Translations under genes and position numbers: made by a program
In this document: piece after piece, positions 13,953 to 26,834 of the stretch
Numbering within the stretch: position 1 is the first letter of the stretch
Layout: every line of letters begins with the position of its first letter
Origin: Sphaerodactylus townsendi
Taxonomy: Eukaryota
Direction: 5' to 3'
Length of the DNA: 64,000 bases
Assembly (NCBI RefSeq): GCF_021028975.2
Contig: NC_059439.1
Location: 23,808,001-23,872,000 of the forward strand
The notes under the pieces: model-generated
Told to the model about the DNA's origin: nothing
Seen by the model: the letters and a program-made list of their open reading frames with translations, nothing else
Database searches by the model: none

Positions 13953-14094
13953 TGGCTCATTCTGCACATGCAGAAAAATGCACTTTCAAACTGCTTTCAG
14001 TGCTCTTTGAAGCTGTGCGGAATAGCAAAATGCACTTGCAAACAGTTGTGAAAGTGGTTTGAAAACGCATTATTTTGCGTGTGTGGAAGGGGCC
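13953..14094. mobile_element. Family A MITE
   Basis: Same ~140-bp palindromic element as 4356-4496. Confidence 0.65.
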
Positions 14095-14372
14095 TTGGTA
14101 TTGTACAGGAAAAGAAGGCTGGGGACATCTTTGTGTCAGTTAAATAGGATCTGGACTGAGCTTTTGATTCTACTCTGTTGCAAGTATTTTGCCTGAGTGT
14201 ACCTGGAATAATGAGCTTTCGGCATGGGGTGAAGAGCAAGAACCAACAGGCTCTTGGTCCTTGGATCTTAGCAAGAGGCTTGCAACCTTGATACTGGATC
14301 AGTCCAAGTATTGGAACTGTGTAGTATATTTTTTTTTCTTGTGTGATTCCCCCCTCCTCTGGAGGAGACTTT

Positions 14373-14513
14373 GGCTCATTCCGCACACGCAGAATAATGC
14401 ACTTTCAAACTGCTTTCAGTGCTCTTTGAAGCTGTGCGGAATAGCAAAATCCACTGGCAAACAGTTGTGAAAGTGGTTTGAAAACGCATTATTTTGCTTG
14501 TGCGGAAGGGGCC
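14373..14513. mobile_element. Family A MITE
   Basis: Same element, flanked by a TTT 3-bp duplication. Confidence 0.65.
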
Positions 14514-14704
14514 TTTGAATCCCCAAAGGGGAGAAATTGTCAGGACTGTGAATGTGCGTGAACTGTCCTTGGTTATTCCTGCCAGCCTGCCTTGGCAGAC
14601 TGCCTAGCTTGGGAGGCTCCGGCGTTGCTGATATGCAAGATAGAAATATCTAAATAAAATCAGTGTAAAGCTGTGGTATAAAGTTATGAGAATGGCTGTT
14701 TGTG

Positions 14705-14910
14705 GCACACCCTGACCTGGATAGTTCAGGCTAGTGCCATATTTTCAAACCTTGGATGCTAACCAGAATTGACCCCGGTTAGCCCTTGGATGGGAGACCA
14801 CAAAGGAAGTCAAGGTCACTACTCAGAGGCAGATAATGGCAACCATTTGTTTATCACCTTGAAAACCCTCTAGGAGTGCCATTAGTTGACTGTAACTTGA
14901 TGGCACCTTA
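14705..14910 (+). mobile_element. 5S rRNA-derived SINE, degenerate
   Basis: 5S-like head (...TGGATGGGAGACCAC...) plus GGCAACCA...CCTTGAAAACCC tail; relatives at ~12170 (minus), ~23500, ~45110, ~48330, ~51090, ~51850. Confidence 0.5.
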
Positions 14911-15464
14911 CACACATGCATCTGTGCCACAATTCATTGTGGTTGAATTAACTTGTGGGTATAGGAGCATCTACAAATAAGAACAACTGAAAGACTAAAG
15001 CTATAGGGCTGGTCAGAATAGTGCCTCCAAATATAATTTGAAAATTGATATGTGTAAGTACATTGTTGGAAATAAAGTCATCCTTGAGATTTTTTAAAAA
15101 GTAATAAACCATTACATAACAGGGGGGAATGATTTATTTATTTTTATTTATTTATTATTGCATTTATAAACCGCCCCATCCCCTAAGGGCTCTGGGCGGT
15201 GAACAACAGGTATTATAAACAATGTGGCAATAACAATAACATTTAAAATCATTATCATCATTAAATATATAAAATTACATTAAATTACAGCGTTCCGTGT
15301 GAACCATATGGCATCCAGCGTTAAAACTATCAACAAAAAAACCCCTCCCGGAGAGGGGGGGGCAGTATAGATGTTACAAACTCCCAGAGTAATAAAGGGA
15401 ACAGACAATTCAGTACATTCCACAGATTCCAGTGTCTCTATAACTGCAGGGGATGAACCAAACA

Positions 15465-16430
15465 TTACAGTGTCATATATGTGATAAACCTCTTGCAACC
15501 CCTTCTTATGGCTTCCTTCACTTCCATATTTCTTAGGCTGTATATTAGGGGATTGGCCAGAGGAGTCAACACTGTGTAAAAAAGAGAGAACATTTTCTTC
15601 ACATCTCTTAGGTTCTTGGATCTGGGTACCATATAGACAAGCATCAATGTTCCATAATACAAGGCAACCACAGTGAGATGAGAGGAACAAGTGGAGAAGG
15701 CTTTTCTTCTCCCAGTCTTGGATGGGATTCTGAGAACAGAAACAATGATGAAAATATAAGATGACAAGGTGAGAAGAAAGGGAGGAAGAGTGAAGGCGCA
15801 GGTAAATATGAGACCTGATAGTTCAAATATGTGAGTGTCACTGCAGGAAACATACCTAATGTCAGAACTAATATCACAAAAATAGTGATCGATTTCATTC
15901 GGACCACAGAAGGATAACCAGGATATTTTCAAAGTCAAGGTTGTGCTGACCAAAACTCCACTCACCCAGGACACAGCTGCTAACTGGAAACTCAATCTGC
16001 CACTCATAAGGATCGCATAATGGAGAGGCTTGCATATTGCTAAGTATCTGTCATAAGACATCATGGCGAGAAGGTAGCATTCAGCACCTCCTAAGCAAGA
16101 AAACATGAAAAACTGTAGAAAACAGGCTGCAACTGATATGCTTCCATCCCCAGTCAGAAGTCCACCCAACGCCTTCGGCAGGATGGTGGAGCTATAGCAG
16201 GACTCCAGGAAAGACAGGTTTCCGAGGAAGAAGTACATGGGGGTGTGAAGCGACTGATCAAATATAACTAGTAGAACAATGAGGAGGTTCCCCGCCATAG
16301 TTGCCAAGTATATCATTAGGAACAGTAAGAAGAGGAGATTTTGAAGTCTAGGAAGGTCTCCAAATCCTAGAAGTACAAATTCAGCAACAGTTGTTTGATT
16401 GTTCCAGTCTCTGTTTCCCATTGGTTGCAT
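15465..16430 (-). CDS. Olfactory receptor, intact, 321 aa (family 11/6-like)
   Basis: NQT sequon, [41 protein letters not shown]. Confidence 0.95.
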   Translation of the reverse strand: MQPMGNRDWNNQTTVAEFVLLGFGDLPRLQNLLFLLFLMIYLATMAGNLLIVLLVIFDQSLHTPMYFFLGNLSFLESCYSSTILPKALGGLLTGDGSISVAACFLQFFMFSCLGGAECYLLAMMSYDRYLAICKPLHYAILMSGRLSFQLAAVSWVSGVLVSTTLTLKISWLSFCGPNEIDHYFCDISSDIRYVSCSDTHIFELSGLIFTCAFTLPPFLLTLSSYIFIIVSVLRIPSKTGRRKAFSTCSSHLTVVALYYGTLMLVYMVPRSKNLRDVKKMFSLFYTVLTPLANPLIYSLRNMEVKEAIRRGCKRFITYMTL

Positions 16431-16739
16431 CTTGAGGGGAGAAAAAGACTTAATATTGCATCATGTATGGAGCAGTACGTCATTTGACTGCATTTTGAAC
16501 TAAGAAGACACTCTCAAAACCTGCAAAACTGACACAAAACACACACTGCACACATATATGTCTGGATAACACTCTTGCATAAATGATAACCAGACTATTC
16601 AATTATCAGTCTATACACCATAATCTTCTTGCCACAATGTTATTCAAGTAAAAAAAAATACATTGGTGTATTTCTTTCCTAACACCCTTAGTTAACATTA
16701 GTGGTGCAATCAGGATGGCACTTCGGCAGGTAGAATCTC

Positions 16740-17520
16740 AAGCACTGGCGTAATGCCCATTGGGAAAGGCGGGCAGCTGCCCAGGGCATCACCTTGTGGG
16801 GGGCATCAAAATGCTGGGCTCGTTTTTGGTATTTTTAGTGGTTTTCCATTTTTTGCCTGCAGGGGGCGCAGTTTTTAGGCTAGCAACACCAACATTTCAG
16901 CGTATCATCAGAAGACTGTCCTTATGCTACCCCCCAAGTTTGGTGAGGTTTGGTTCAGGGAGTCCGAAGTTATGGACTCCCAAATGGGGTGCCCCTATCC
17001 CTCATTGTTTCCAATGGGAGCTAATAGAAGATGGGGGCTACAGTTTTGAGGGTCCATAACTTTTCTCCCCCTGAACCAAACTGCACCAAACCTGGGGGGT
17101 ATCATCAGGGCAGTCTCCTGATGAAATCCTGAAAGTTTTGAGACTGTGCCTTCAGAAATGTGTCCCCCCAGTCTGCAACCCCCATTGACATCAATGCAGA
17201 AAACTCAATGCAGAACAAATATTCTTGGGCAAATTTCGGGATGTTCTTGCAGGGAGGGCATTCTTGGACGTATCAGCACCAAAATTTCAGGGTATGATCT
17301 GGAGACTGTCATGATGGCACCTCCAAGGTTTGGTGCAGTTTGGTTCAGGGGGTCCAAAGTTATGGACCCTCAAAAGGGTAGCCCCCATCTCCTTTGCAAA
17401 GAACGGGGGATGAGACACCCCCTTTGAGGGTCCATAACTTTGGACCCCCTAAACCAAACTGCACCAAACTTGGAGGGGTCCCATCAGGACAGTTTCCAGA
17501 TGATACCCTGACATTATTTT
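16740..17520. repeat. Interspersed repeat with internal direct and inverted sub-repeats
   Basis: TTTGGTTCAGGGGGTCCAAAGTTATGGAC and its reverse complement occur twice each; family not determined. Confidence 0.5.
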
Positions 17521-18375
17521 CCTCCTTATAACAGTTTTGGTTCTGTTGACCTCTGAAAAGAATGATTACACACAAAGTCCAAATCTTTTGAATAACTATC
17601 AGTTGAACTCACTTGGTTTTGTTCCTTTCCTCATAGCTTCATCATTTCCATGGCAGAGGTTTCCTTTCTTTGTTTTTCCTGCGGACCTCTATTTCTTCAG
17701 TGCTGGATATAAATTTGCTATTTATATTCTACACTCTAATGTACAAAATTGTCCCTTGACATTTCTGATAATGAATGCCACAATCTCTGGAGAAAGGAAA
17801 GAAACTTTAGGAAATAAAATGTTCAGAAAGGAGTGAGACCATGTTTCCTTAACGCTAGTAACCTCTGCCATTTCCAACAATCAGGGAGGTTCCAAAGAAT
17901 TCCAAATCCAGATTTGCTCTGTTCACGTCTGCCATTTTATTCAGCCCATTTAGGATTACCACCATTATTTCTTTGTCATACATTCAATTTCCAAAGCTAA
18001 ACACTATGTAATAGATACTAGAGGTGTACAATCCAAAAGTATTTGGAATTGATAATTCCAAGGGAGGTTCTCTGCAGAAGAAACCAATAGCAAACCTGCT
18101 CTGCTCTCATTTTCCTTGGAAGGCCCTTGCTGGAGTTGGCAATAACTTAGCTGAAACTTGACATACTTCACATGCACACATCAGAAACTTCTAATTCATT
18201 ACCTAGTTCTGAACCACTGGTTGGCTTCCCTGTGGCTTTGGCCCATTGATCAACACTGTACAGTCCTTTATTCCTTGGAGTAGCTGAGCTTTCAGAAATT
18301 CTTATTTTGAGACTGTGCTAAAGTACCACTTCTTCCTGTGAAGTGATTTTCTAAGCACGCTTTGTGATAATTATA

Positions 18376-18891
18376 GGCCGTTTCTGCACGGGCATTAAAT
18401 GGCGGCCTGGAGATGGCAAAAACGCTGTCTCCAGGCTGCCATTCGCACAGAGGGCGCAGCTGCATCGCAGCCGCGCCACCCTCGCGCCGCCCGCCCAGCC
18501 CGAAGCCGGCGTTTTCCCAGAGCGCTGGGAAGCGCTCTTTTTGGGGAAACGCCACCGTGAAGCCACTGCCGAGCGAACGGCAGCAGCTTCACGACTCCTC
18601 CCCCACCCGGGACTTACCTTGTCCCTGGGCCTCCGGCGCGTCGCCGAGGCCTGGGGACACGCCCCCCTGCCCTGCGCCGCTGGAGCAGGCGCGCAGGGCC
18701 AGGGGGGTGTGTCCCCAGGCCTCGGCGACGCGCTGGAGGCCCGGGGACATGCCAGGTTGGCCGGGCGTCGTCGTTCCGCGGTGCTGGTTGCCCGGCTGTT
18801 TCCAGGACTGTCCATGCGGATGGTCCCAGCGTCGTGGGGTCGGCGTTGGAAACGCCGACCCGGCCGCTTCCGCCTTCGTGCAGAAACGGCC
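18376..18891. mobile_element. GC-rich Harbinger-like MITE (family B), complete
   Basis: Perfect 15-bp TIR GGCCGTTTCTGCACG / CGTGCAGAAACGGCC and ATA target-site duplication; empty site in paralogous blocks at ~23050 and ~44652. Confidence 0.85.
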
Positions 18892-21411
18892 ATAGTTAGT
18901 GTATGGTATGAACACATGCAAAATTACTATAATCATAGTTATTTTATCAATTAATCATTGTATCATTTCTTAGAATGATAAGTGTGGCATTCCAAGATGC
19001 ATCTATGTATCTGGCACTGAGGAAACATCCATCAAAAAGGTTTCCTGCTGTACTCTGCTTATGAGCTGAGTCCTATGCATACTTCAGAAACAGAGTGCAA
19101 TTTTCACCACCTTATGCAACAACTTGGTGGTAACACAAGAAGGTGAAACTATTACAGATCCGTATATGAAGTTCCTACTAAAATCCATATCACCCCACAA
19201 GTATCTCGAGAGACAAACAACGTGGGTACTTCTCTTCCCTCCAACAGACAGGTTATTGAGGATTATTGATAGTGATGTGACAACGTATGTCCCAAACTCC
19301 AATGCTTACTCAATGCTGGACAATGCTTTTCCTCAGCACCATTTTTAGTAGATCTGCCCCTGATGTGGGGTCCAAGATCCTAGGAATCATCTTGCTTAAT
19401 GTCTTCAATACAAAAAAAATTGAGAAAAATTATAACTTCTGAAAACACAGTACTGCCCCAAAAGATGCAATGTTTATTTTCTTGGAGCTAGATACACAAG
19501 GGTCTTTTATCACGGAGGTTTTACTTCATCCCATGCTCAGTCTTTCAAATTCAAATGCTAATAAAACTGGGCAAGGAATGCTTCCAACATGTTTATAGCG
19601 CAACACAAATATGATGCTTCACCAGGGCCTATCCATGACATTTTGTTGTCCCAAACAAGGTCATCCGCTGCCTCCTAAAGAGTGGGAAGGGCAGAAACAA
19701 AGGATGAAGGTACCTTAACCCAGTTATAGTAAGGAGCAAAAGGACATACATAGAGAAAGGTGGGAGACTTGAGTAAGATCTGGAAAAATGAGGGCCTAAT
19801 AATTTATACCAAACTATGTATGTGTGCCCAGAAATACTAATTCACTTCAGTGAAGCTACTCTGAATTAGATGGTGGTTGTAAGTGTGAAGTCCTAGAACA
19901 GTTTAACATGATATTGAGGGCTGGAGAACGGAAAGAGAGAATTCCTACTATCTATGCCTTTAGTCCAGGGTAAGGTTTTCCCTGAATTACATTCCACTTG
20001 AATTAGCATTTCACAAGAAGAATTTGTAAAATTAATTCCAGAAATTGAGTCAACACAATTTCCAATTCTTTACTTTTTGCTTCTGTATAATGCACACTTT
20101 TTCATGAATTAAAAAAAAGTTCAAAAATCATAAATGGAGACAAAGATGAAGTATATGGTTTTAAATTCTTAATCAAAGCCTGATGTCAATTTTAAAAATG
20201 TGGGCAAAATCCCTGAATTTATACAAGGCTGTTGGCTGGAAATAAAATTGATCTGTGTTTGATTTACCACCTATATAGAACACCCAGACTGTTCAATAAT
20301 GAGGCTTTGTATGCAAATGATTTCTTTATTATGAAACAAGATCAGGAAAAAGCATGTAGACTTATATTGCCAAAACTAACAGTTTACACACCACAGCACC
20401 CTTCATTTTACCCCTTGTCATCCCCCTCTCCATCATACAGCGCCACCCCTGAACCCCAGTTCCCAGGGGAGTTTGGCATCCCTCCAGCCCCACAGTCCAG
20501 AGCCAGTGTAGCCTTCACTTAGATCAAAACCACCCACATTCCCCAGTGCTAAACAAAACAACAGCTATCTGGTCTAACAAGCTGACAAAGAATGAAACAA
20601 AACTACTATAACAATAATTAGATAAAGGGCGGGGGGAAGGATCCCACATCCTGGCCGAGAGACCTGGCAGGACTAAGCCAGAACTGGGCAGGTCATTACA
20701 CTTCCTCTCCTTTTGAAGGAAAAGGTACACTGTCTGACAGTACATCTAGACCCAGAAGTGTTTCTTGACCAGAAGCAAGCATTCCACATTATTCTTCAGA
20801 ATGGTTTAGAGTGTTTGGTAATGTTCAGAGTGATTGGTAATGTAATGTAACATAACATAGTAACATAACATAATTAATTACATTGCAATATATCTGACGT
20901 ATGGCTGTATGAACATCTAGAAACCTAGATTGTCTGGAGTCAGTCTACATGGAGCTCACCATGAAAAGCATGTGCTAAGATAATTAATGTGACATGGTAA
21001 TTACCATATGAAAATACAACAGCAAAGGTCCAAGTTCCAATTCATACTTAGCTAATGAAACTCATTGGATTACCTTGGCCACCCCTCTGTCTATTTCAGA
21101 GTAGCCTTATTCCTAGGATAAATAAAAGAACAAAATGGAGAATGGGAGAACCGTACATGTTATCCTCAGCAGTTTGGTAAAAGGTTGGGATGATAAAAAA
21201 GAAGAACTAGTTATTATATTTTGATTTTTTTAATTAATCACTAGGAATCAGGTAACTAATTCCCTAATTCTAGAATATCAACCAAAAAAACCAACAACCC
21301 TGGATCATTTGCATCTTATTTATAAATCTTTTGGCCTGAAGTATGAGCAAAAGGTGTTCAGAATGTTCACCTTCACATAATTTTCATTCCAGAATAATAT
21401 GTGCTATCGCA

Positions 21412-22423
21412 TTAGGTAACCCTGACATGTACTAATTTGACTCTTTGAATGCTCATGAAAGACAGAGAGTTCCTGAAAACTTTCCTCATGGCTATCTTTA
21501 CATCCTTGTTTCTCAGGCTGTATATATATAGGGTTAAGCATTGGGAAATGTGAACAGTGTAGGAAAGAGAAAATATTTTCTTGATATGTCTTAGGTTCTT
21601 CGATGTTGGTAGCAGATAGACAAGCATCAAAAGTTCCATAGCACAAAAGCAACGTAATAAGATGGGAGGAATAAGTGGAGAAGGCCTTTGCCTCTCCAGT
21701 GGTGGGATGGGTACCTGAGGATAGCAAACGACAATGGCCCGTGAAGATGATATGGTGAAAAGAAGGGAGGCAGAGTGAAAACACAAGCAGCTACCAAGGA
21801 TGTGAGTCAAACTTAAGTATATGTGTCACTGCAAGAGAGATATATGCATGTCAGGAATAACATCAGCGAAAATAGTGATCAATTCCCCATTTGGACCAAT
21901 AAAAAAGTGATAACCTTGATATATTCACAGATGAGCTTGTGCTGACCAATATTCCACTGACCCAAGACACAACTGCTAGCTGAAGCTCTCAACCTCCCAT
22001 TCCATAAGAGTAGTATAATGGGAGTGGTTTATATATGGCTAACATATCTGCCGCGACATCATGGAGAGAAGATAGCATTCAGTACCTCCAAGGCAAGGCG
22101 ATGGAAACGGTGATGAGACAGGCTTTGACAGGTATCCTTTTATCCCTTAAATAAGAGGTTTTATCACCTAGGGTAGGGGATGGCATAGCTGCAGCAGATT
22201 GCCAGGAAGGAGAGATTCTATGAAAGTAATACATGGGGTGCTGGCGTTTATCAGCCACCACTTCAGTAATAATGATGAGGAGGTTTGAGCCATAAAGCTA
22301 CTAAATAGATCACAAAGAACAGCAGGAAGAGAGAATCATCTGCAAATTCCGGAGTAGTCTCCAAGTCCCAGAAGTAAGGAATTCAGAAATAGTTGTTTTG
22401 ATTCTGCCACATTTGTTTCCCAT
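21412..22423 (-). pseudogene. Frameshifted olfactory receptor copy, duplicate of 43057-44034 (pseudogene or low-quality consensus)
   Basis: C-terminus MLVYLLPTSKNLRHIKKIFSLSYT...RVKLVHVRVT is the same as in the 43 kb gene, but there are many small indels throughout. Confidence 0.85.
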
Positions 22424-25018
22424 AGGCGTTAAATTCATAGAAAGTCAAAGCAATAAACAAATTAATTCATAATTCATGGGCCAGGACTTTGAAATAAAGC
22501 ACAAAAAATCCCATGTGAATGGATTTATTTTTTAAAAATTCATGCACACTGAGCCACTGTTATAAAATGACACATGACAAATGCCAGCAATGTAACAGTG
22601 CATAGAGCAAACTTAAAGCCACGAAGACAGCAAAATGGAGACAGTCCAACAAATTGAGGCTTGGTGTGTGAAACCAAGCCTGGATTAGAGCCTGGGATTT
22701 ATTAGTTTTGAGATTTGCTAATCACATTTTGTACCCAATCACAAACAGATGGAAGTGAGACCTTAAAGAAAGTTCTGGCGGTAGATGTAGCCAATAGCAA
22801 GCCACCACTGCTCTCACTTTGCCTTTGGAATTAGTCCCCTGCTGGAGCTTGTCAATAAATCAGCTGTAACTCGGGACATAGTTCTACATATAATTACATA
22901 CGAAATCTTGATCACACTAACTAGTACCGTAGCACTGGTTGGCTTCCCATGTAGACTCTTCTTACCTTGGTCCAATGATTCACGCTGTGAAGTCCTTCAT
23001 CTCTTCGGAATAACGGAGCTCGCTTTATTCTGAGCATGCTTTGCCATACTTATAGTTAGTGTATGGTATGAACACATGCAAAATTACTATAGTAAGAGAT
23101 GTTTCATCAATTAATCATTGTATCATTTCTTAGAATGATAAGTGTGGCATTCCAGGATGCATCTATGTATCTGGAACTGAGGAAAAATTAATGGAAAAGG
23201 CTTTCTACTGTACTCTGCTTTTGAGTTGAGTCCCATGCATACTTCAGAAACAAAGTGCAATAGTCACCACCTTATGCAACAGCTTGGTGGTAACACAAGA
23301 AGATGAAACTATCAGAGATCAGTATATGAAGTTCCTACTAAAATCCATATCATCCCATGAGTATCTTGAGAGACAAAGTGGGTACTTCCCTTCCCTCCAA
23401 CGGATAGGATACTGTGGATTATTGATGCTGATGCAGCAATGTATGTTGACCATCCCTGGAAGCAAAGTTAAGGCATAATGCAATTAATTAGGAGGATGTA
23501 TGGTATAGTCTGCTCTTGTTAGATCTTGGAAGAGTCAATACGTAGAAGGGAGACCACCAAGGAAGGCTCTGCAGAAGAAGGCAGTGACAAACTATTTCTT
23601 CTTCCCACTTGCCGTGAAAACCCCTTGCTGGGATCATCACAAGTCAGCTGTGATTTGAAAGTACTTTTGGCTACATATTAGTGTCATCAATCACTTCTCT
23701 TCCTTTGTCTGTTTTCATTTCTTTCTTCTGTACCATTTGGTTCTACTCTAAGGAGAACTTCCTTACCATTCTCTGCTTCTTCTGAGAAGTTCTATTTTCT
23801 AAGGCTTATGTCAGTCCATAATAACATGCCTGTCTCTGTAGGTTTCCACCCTTATGAAGTAGAAAATGTCCCCTGGGATTCCTGGTAATGGATGTTCTAA
23901 CTGGTAAACAAAGAAGAAGCATTTCAGGAATTTAACTTTTCATAAGGGAGTGAGGCCTTAGTCCCTCAACAAATATCTCAATGCTCAGCCATCAAGGAAA
24001 TCATGAACAGATATGTGAAAATCTGTTCTTGTTCTTTATCTGGTTTCTATATCTTCACTTGTTTTATCAATCCATATTAATGCAATTCTTTATCTCTTTT
24101 TTTATTCATATCACCTATATATATAGATGACATATGCCTGGCAATCTTGAGAGAGAGAGAGAAAGAAATTGAAACCTATACTTTGTGATTCCATGCTAGT
24201 TTAAATTTCAGAACATAGAGCAAACCATTTTCAGTAATTGTTCTTGGAAATGTGGAATGCAAGGAAAAAAAAAACCCAATTTTAATAGCATTTCTCTGAG
24301 GCTCCATTCCCAGCACACGCAAAATAATGCACTTTCGTTGCTTTCACAACTGTTTTTGCCATTCCACAGCTCAAGAGCCCTGAAAAGCAGCTTCTGAAAG
24401 GGCTATTTCATGTAAAAGGAATGAGCCTGAAATATTTTGCATAAAAATAAAATGCATTTCTGTTTATCTGGTTATAGGTGCTTGATGCTAGTCACCATTT
24501 CTATTTGTTTCTTTGTAATATAAAAAACTCAGGCTCATTCCACATGCAGAATAATGCACTTTCAAACTGCTTTCAGTGCTCTTTTGAAGTTGTAAAGGAA
24601 TAGCAAAATCCACTTGCAAACAGCCGAATTAAGATAAGAAGAGGTCAGCATGCACAATGTGCTATCCCACCTAAAGCATTCCAGTAACTCGGTGAAACTT
24701 CTATTTTGGGTTACATTTGATTAGCCATGGGGCATTTATTGTTCTGGAAAACGTAGTATAAATATTAGAAAATTCACATTGGGTTTTTCTAGTCATCCAA
24801 AGAAGAACATTCAACATATAACTACATGAGTCAACAATAGTAATCAAGAGAGATTTTCTCCTGGCCAGGGTGGTTCAGCTTCCGAAAGGTTTGACCAACT
24901 GTAATTGTTATTGTATTTTAACAATTCTTTGCAAGTGCATTCTGAAACTGAGCTTCAATCATCCAAAAGTGTGTATGTGGTCTATGGTGCTCCATACTCC
25001 TTTGTGAGTCCAAAATTT

Positions 25019-25897
25019 AAAGAATTTTTGGGGTTCCCCATTGCGTCCCTTATGTAGTTTTATGTTTAGAATCTGGTCTGCATTGTCTTGAAACTAGAGC
25101 ATAGTTAGTCACCTTTTAAATTTTGGATAAGACTCTGGCCCCTTCCGCACACGCAAAATAATGCATTTTCAAACCACTTTCACAACTGTTTGCAAGTGGA
25201 TTTTGCTATTCCACACAGCTTCAAAGAGCACTGAAAGCAGATTGAAAGTGCATTATTCTGCATGTGCGGAATGAGCCTCTGTTTCAATTCTGTGCCTAAT
25301 ATTTTAGCCAATATCATGTTATCTGAACTCCCAGCAACTGAGTGTGGGGATTGATAATTATAAAGTTAGCTCAGCTTGGTCTCTCTTCGGAGGCTCTTTT
25401 GATGTTTACCCTCAAAGAGAGTATGAGGGAAATTAAAATGCGCCTTCTTGACCAGGAACAACAACATCTTCAAAACTGTGCTATGACATCATGTTCCCCA
25501 CTTTGCTTTAACATTACCCCTAAACTGAGGCAATGCCAAACTGCTAAAATATTTGTATCATCTAACTGATCCCAGACAAAAGTGGGTCATTATGAAGGCC
25601 ACATATAATGCTGTAATATATCCTCCCAAGATATAGTCTGTACAAACTGCCTGTCCTCTGTTGAAACCCTTGAGCATATTCTGTTTACTTGTCCAAAATA
25701 TTTTCTGCTTAGAGGTGGCTGCTCTCTCTTATCCAAGATGAACTGCCCTTTATGCCGAACTATTGTGTGATTCTTGAATAGTTATGATCCTCTAACTCTG
25801 GAGAAGATTGCCCAGTTTCTTTTACAGGTTCTGGATCTATGAGTTATATTTTTATGTATGATCAATTTATGTCTAATAAAGGTTTTGTTTGTTTGAC
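25019..25897 (+). mobile_element. LINE 3' fragment (RTE-X-like) containing a family A MITE at ~25137-25277
   Basis: LPHCV..VVLCLESG-like and C..C..VETLEHILFTCP zinc-knuckle remnants, AATAAAGG plus (TTTG)n tail; resembles the 3' part of the element at 280-3770. Confidence 0.55.
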
Positions 25898-26077
25898 TCT
25901 TTGCAAGTGGATTCTGAAACTGAGCTTCAATCATCCCAAAGTGTGCGTGTGGTCTAAGGGTGCTTCATACTCCTTTGTGAGTCCTAAATTTTAGTTATGT
26001 CATTTTATGTGCTGTTATTGGAACAGCTGTATTGTGAGCTGCCTTGAGCCCTTCGGGGGTGAGGCGGCCTATAAATC

Positions 26078-26192
26078 TAATAAATAACAACAACAACAAC
26101 AACAATAACAATAAAACAATAAAAACAATAATAACAATAATAACAACAACAACAATAACAACAGTAACAACAGTAACAACAGTAACAACAGT

Positions 26193-26239
<47 letters not shown>

Positions 26240-26240
26240 A
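26078..26240. repeat. Compound (AAC/AAT)n microsatellite
   Basis: Seen directly; follows an L2-like tail at ~26030-26078. Confidence 0.95.
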
Positions 26241-26740
26241 TTCCAGATGATAGAAAAAACTGAAGCCTAGGGTTACTAAAGCTTTTCTATTGAATGAGAT
26301 GGATATCGTTTCATGGAGGGAAATATCATGTTAGCTTTGGGGGAAAAAAAATCAGTACAGAATCTATGAGCTGGATCCAGCCACTCCCTTTGAATAGATT
26401 TCCCCCCCGGTCCAGAAGACAGGAATTGTTCAGGTCAGATCCTGAGCAGTAAGTGTCTACCATTCTTTCCTATTCACTGGTAGCTTGTGACCTCTTGAAA
26501 TCTCTTCAGAACCAAGTTATTGGTGGGCCACCACAAGGTAGCTCTCAAGCCTCTCATCATCACAGGCTGTTGGGATGGTTTTCTGCTTGTAAGTTAATAT
26601 ATTTCTGGGTGGCTGAAGGGTTGTTCCATGTTGGTTATTCAAGCCTTCTTTTGTCTGCAGTGGCTAAATATCAGTTGACACAATGCTTCTGTTTATCGTT
26701 TGCAGGGTTAAGTGAAGATATTGAGTCCCCCAGCTGAATC

Positions 26741-26834
26741 ATGAGGTCAGAAATTTTATTGTTCTGTTTTACACTGTGGAATTTTGCTAAGGCTTCTTTC
26801 CCAGAAGACTTGGTTCCACTCAGAATTAATGTAT
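26741..26834 (+). CDS. SEMA6A-like: SEMA6A-like coding exon 1 (signal peptide)
   Basis: [31 protein letters not shown] versus SEMA6A MRSEALLLYFTLLHFAGAGFPEDSEPISIS; acceptor tttgcag ends at 26705, donor gtgagt at 26835. Confidence 0.9.

Noticed and set aside
14705-14800. 5S rRNA-like sequence
   Set aside because: Degenerate and joined to a SINE tail in several copies; not a functional rRNA gene
18292-18954. Overlapping GC-rich ORFs here and at 8687-9543 and 32654-33294; possible CpG-island genes
   Set aside because: They coincide with TIR/TSD-bounded MITEs, and stop codons are rare in GC-rich palindromes
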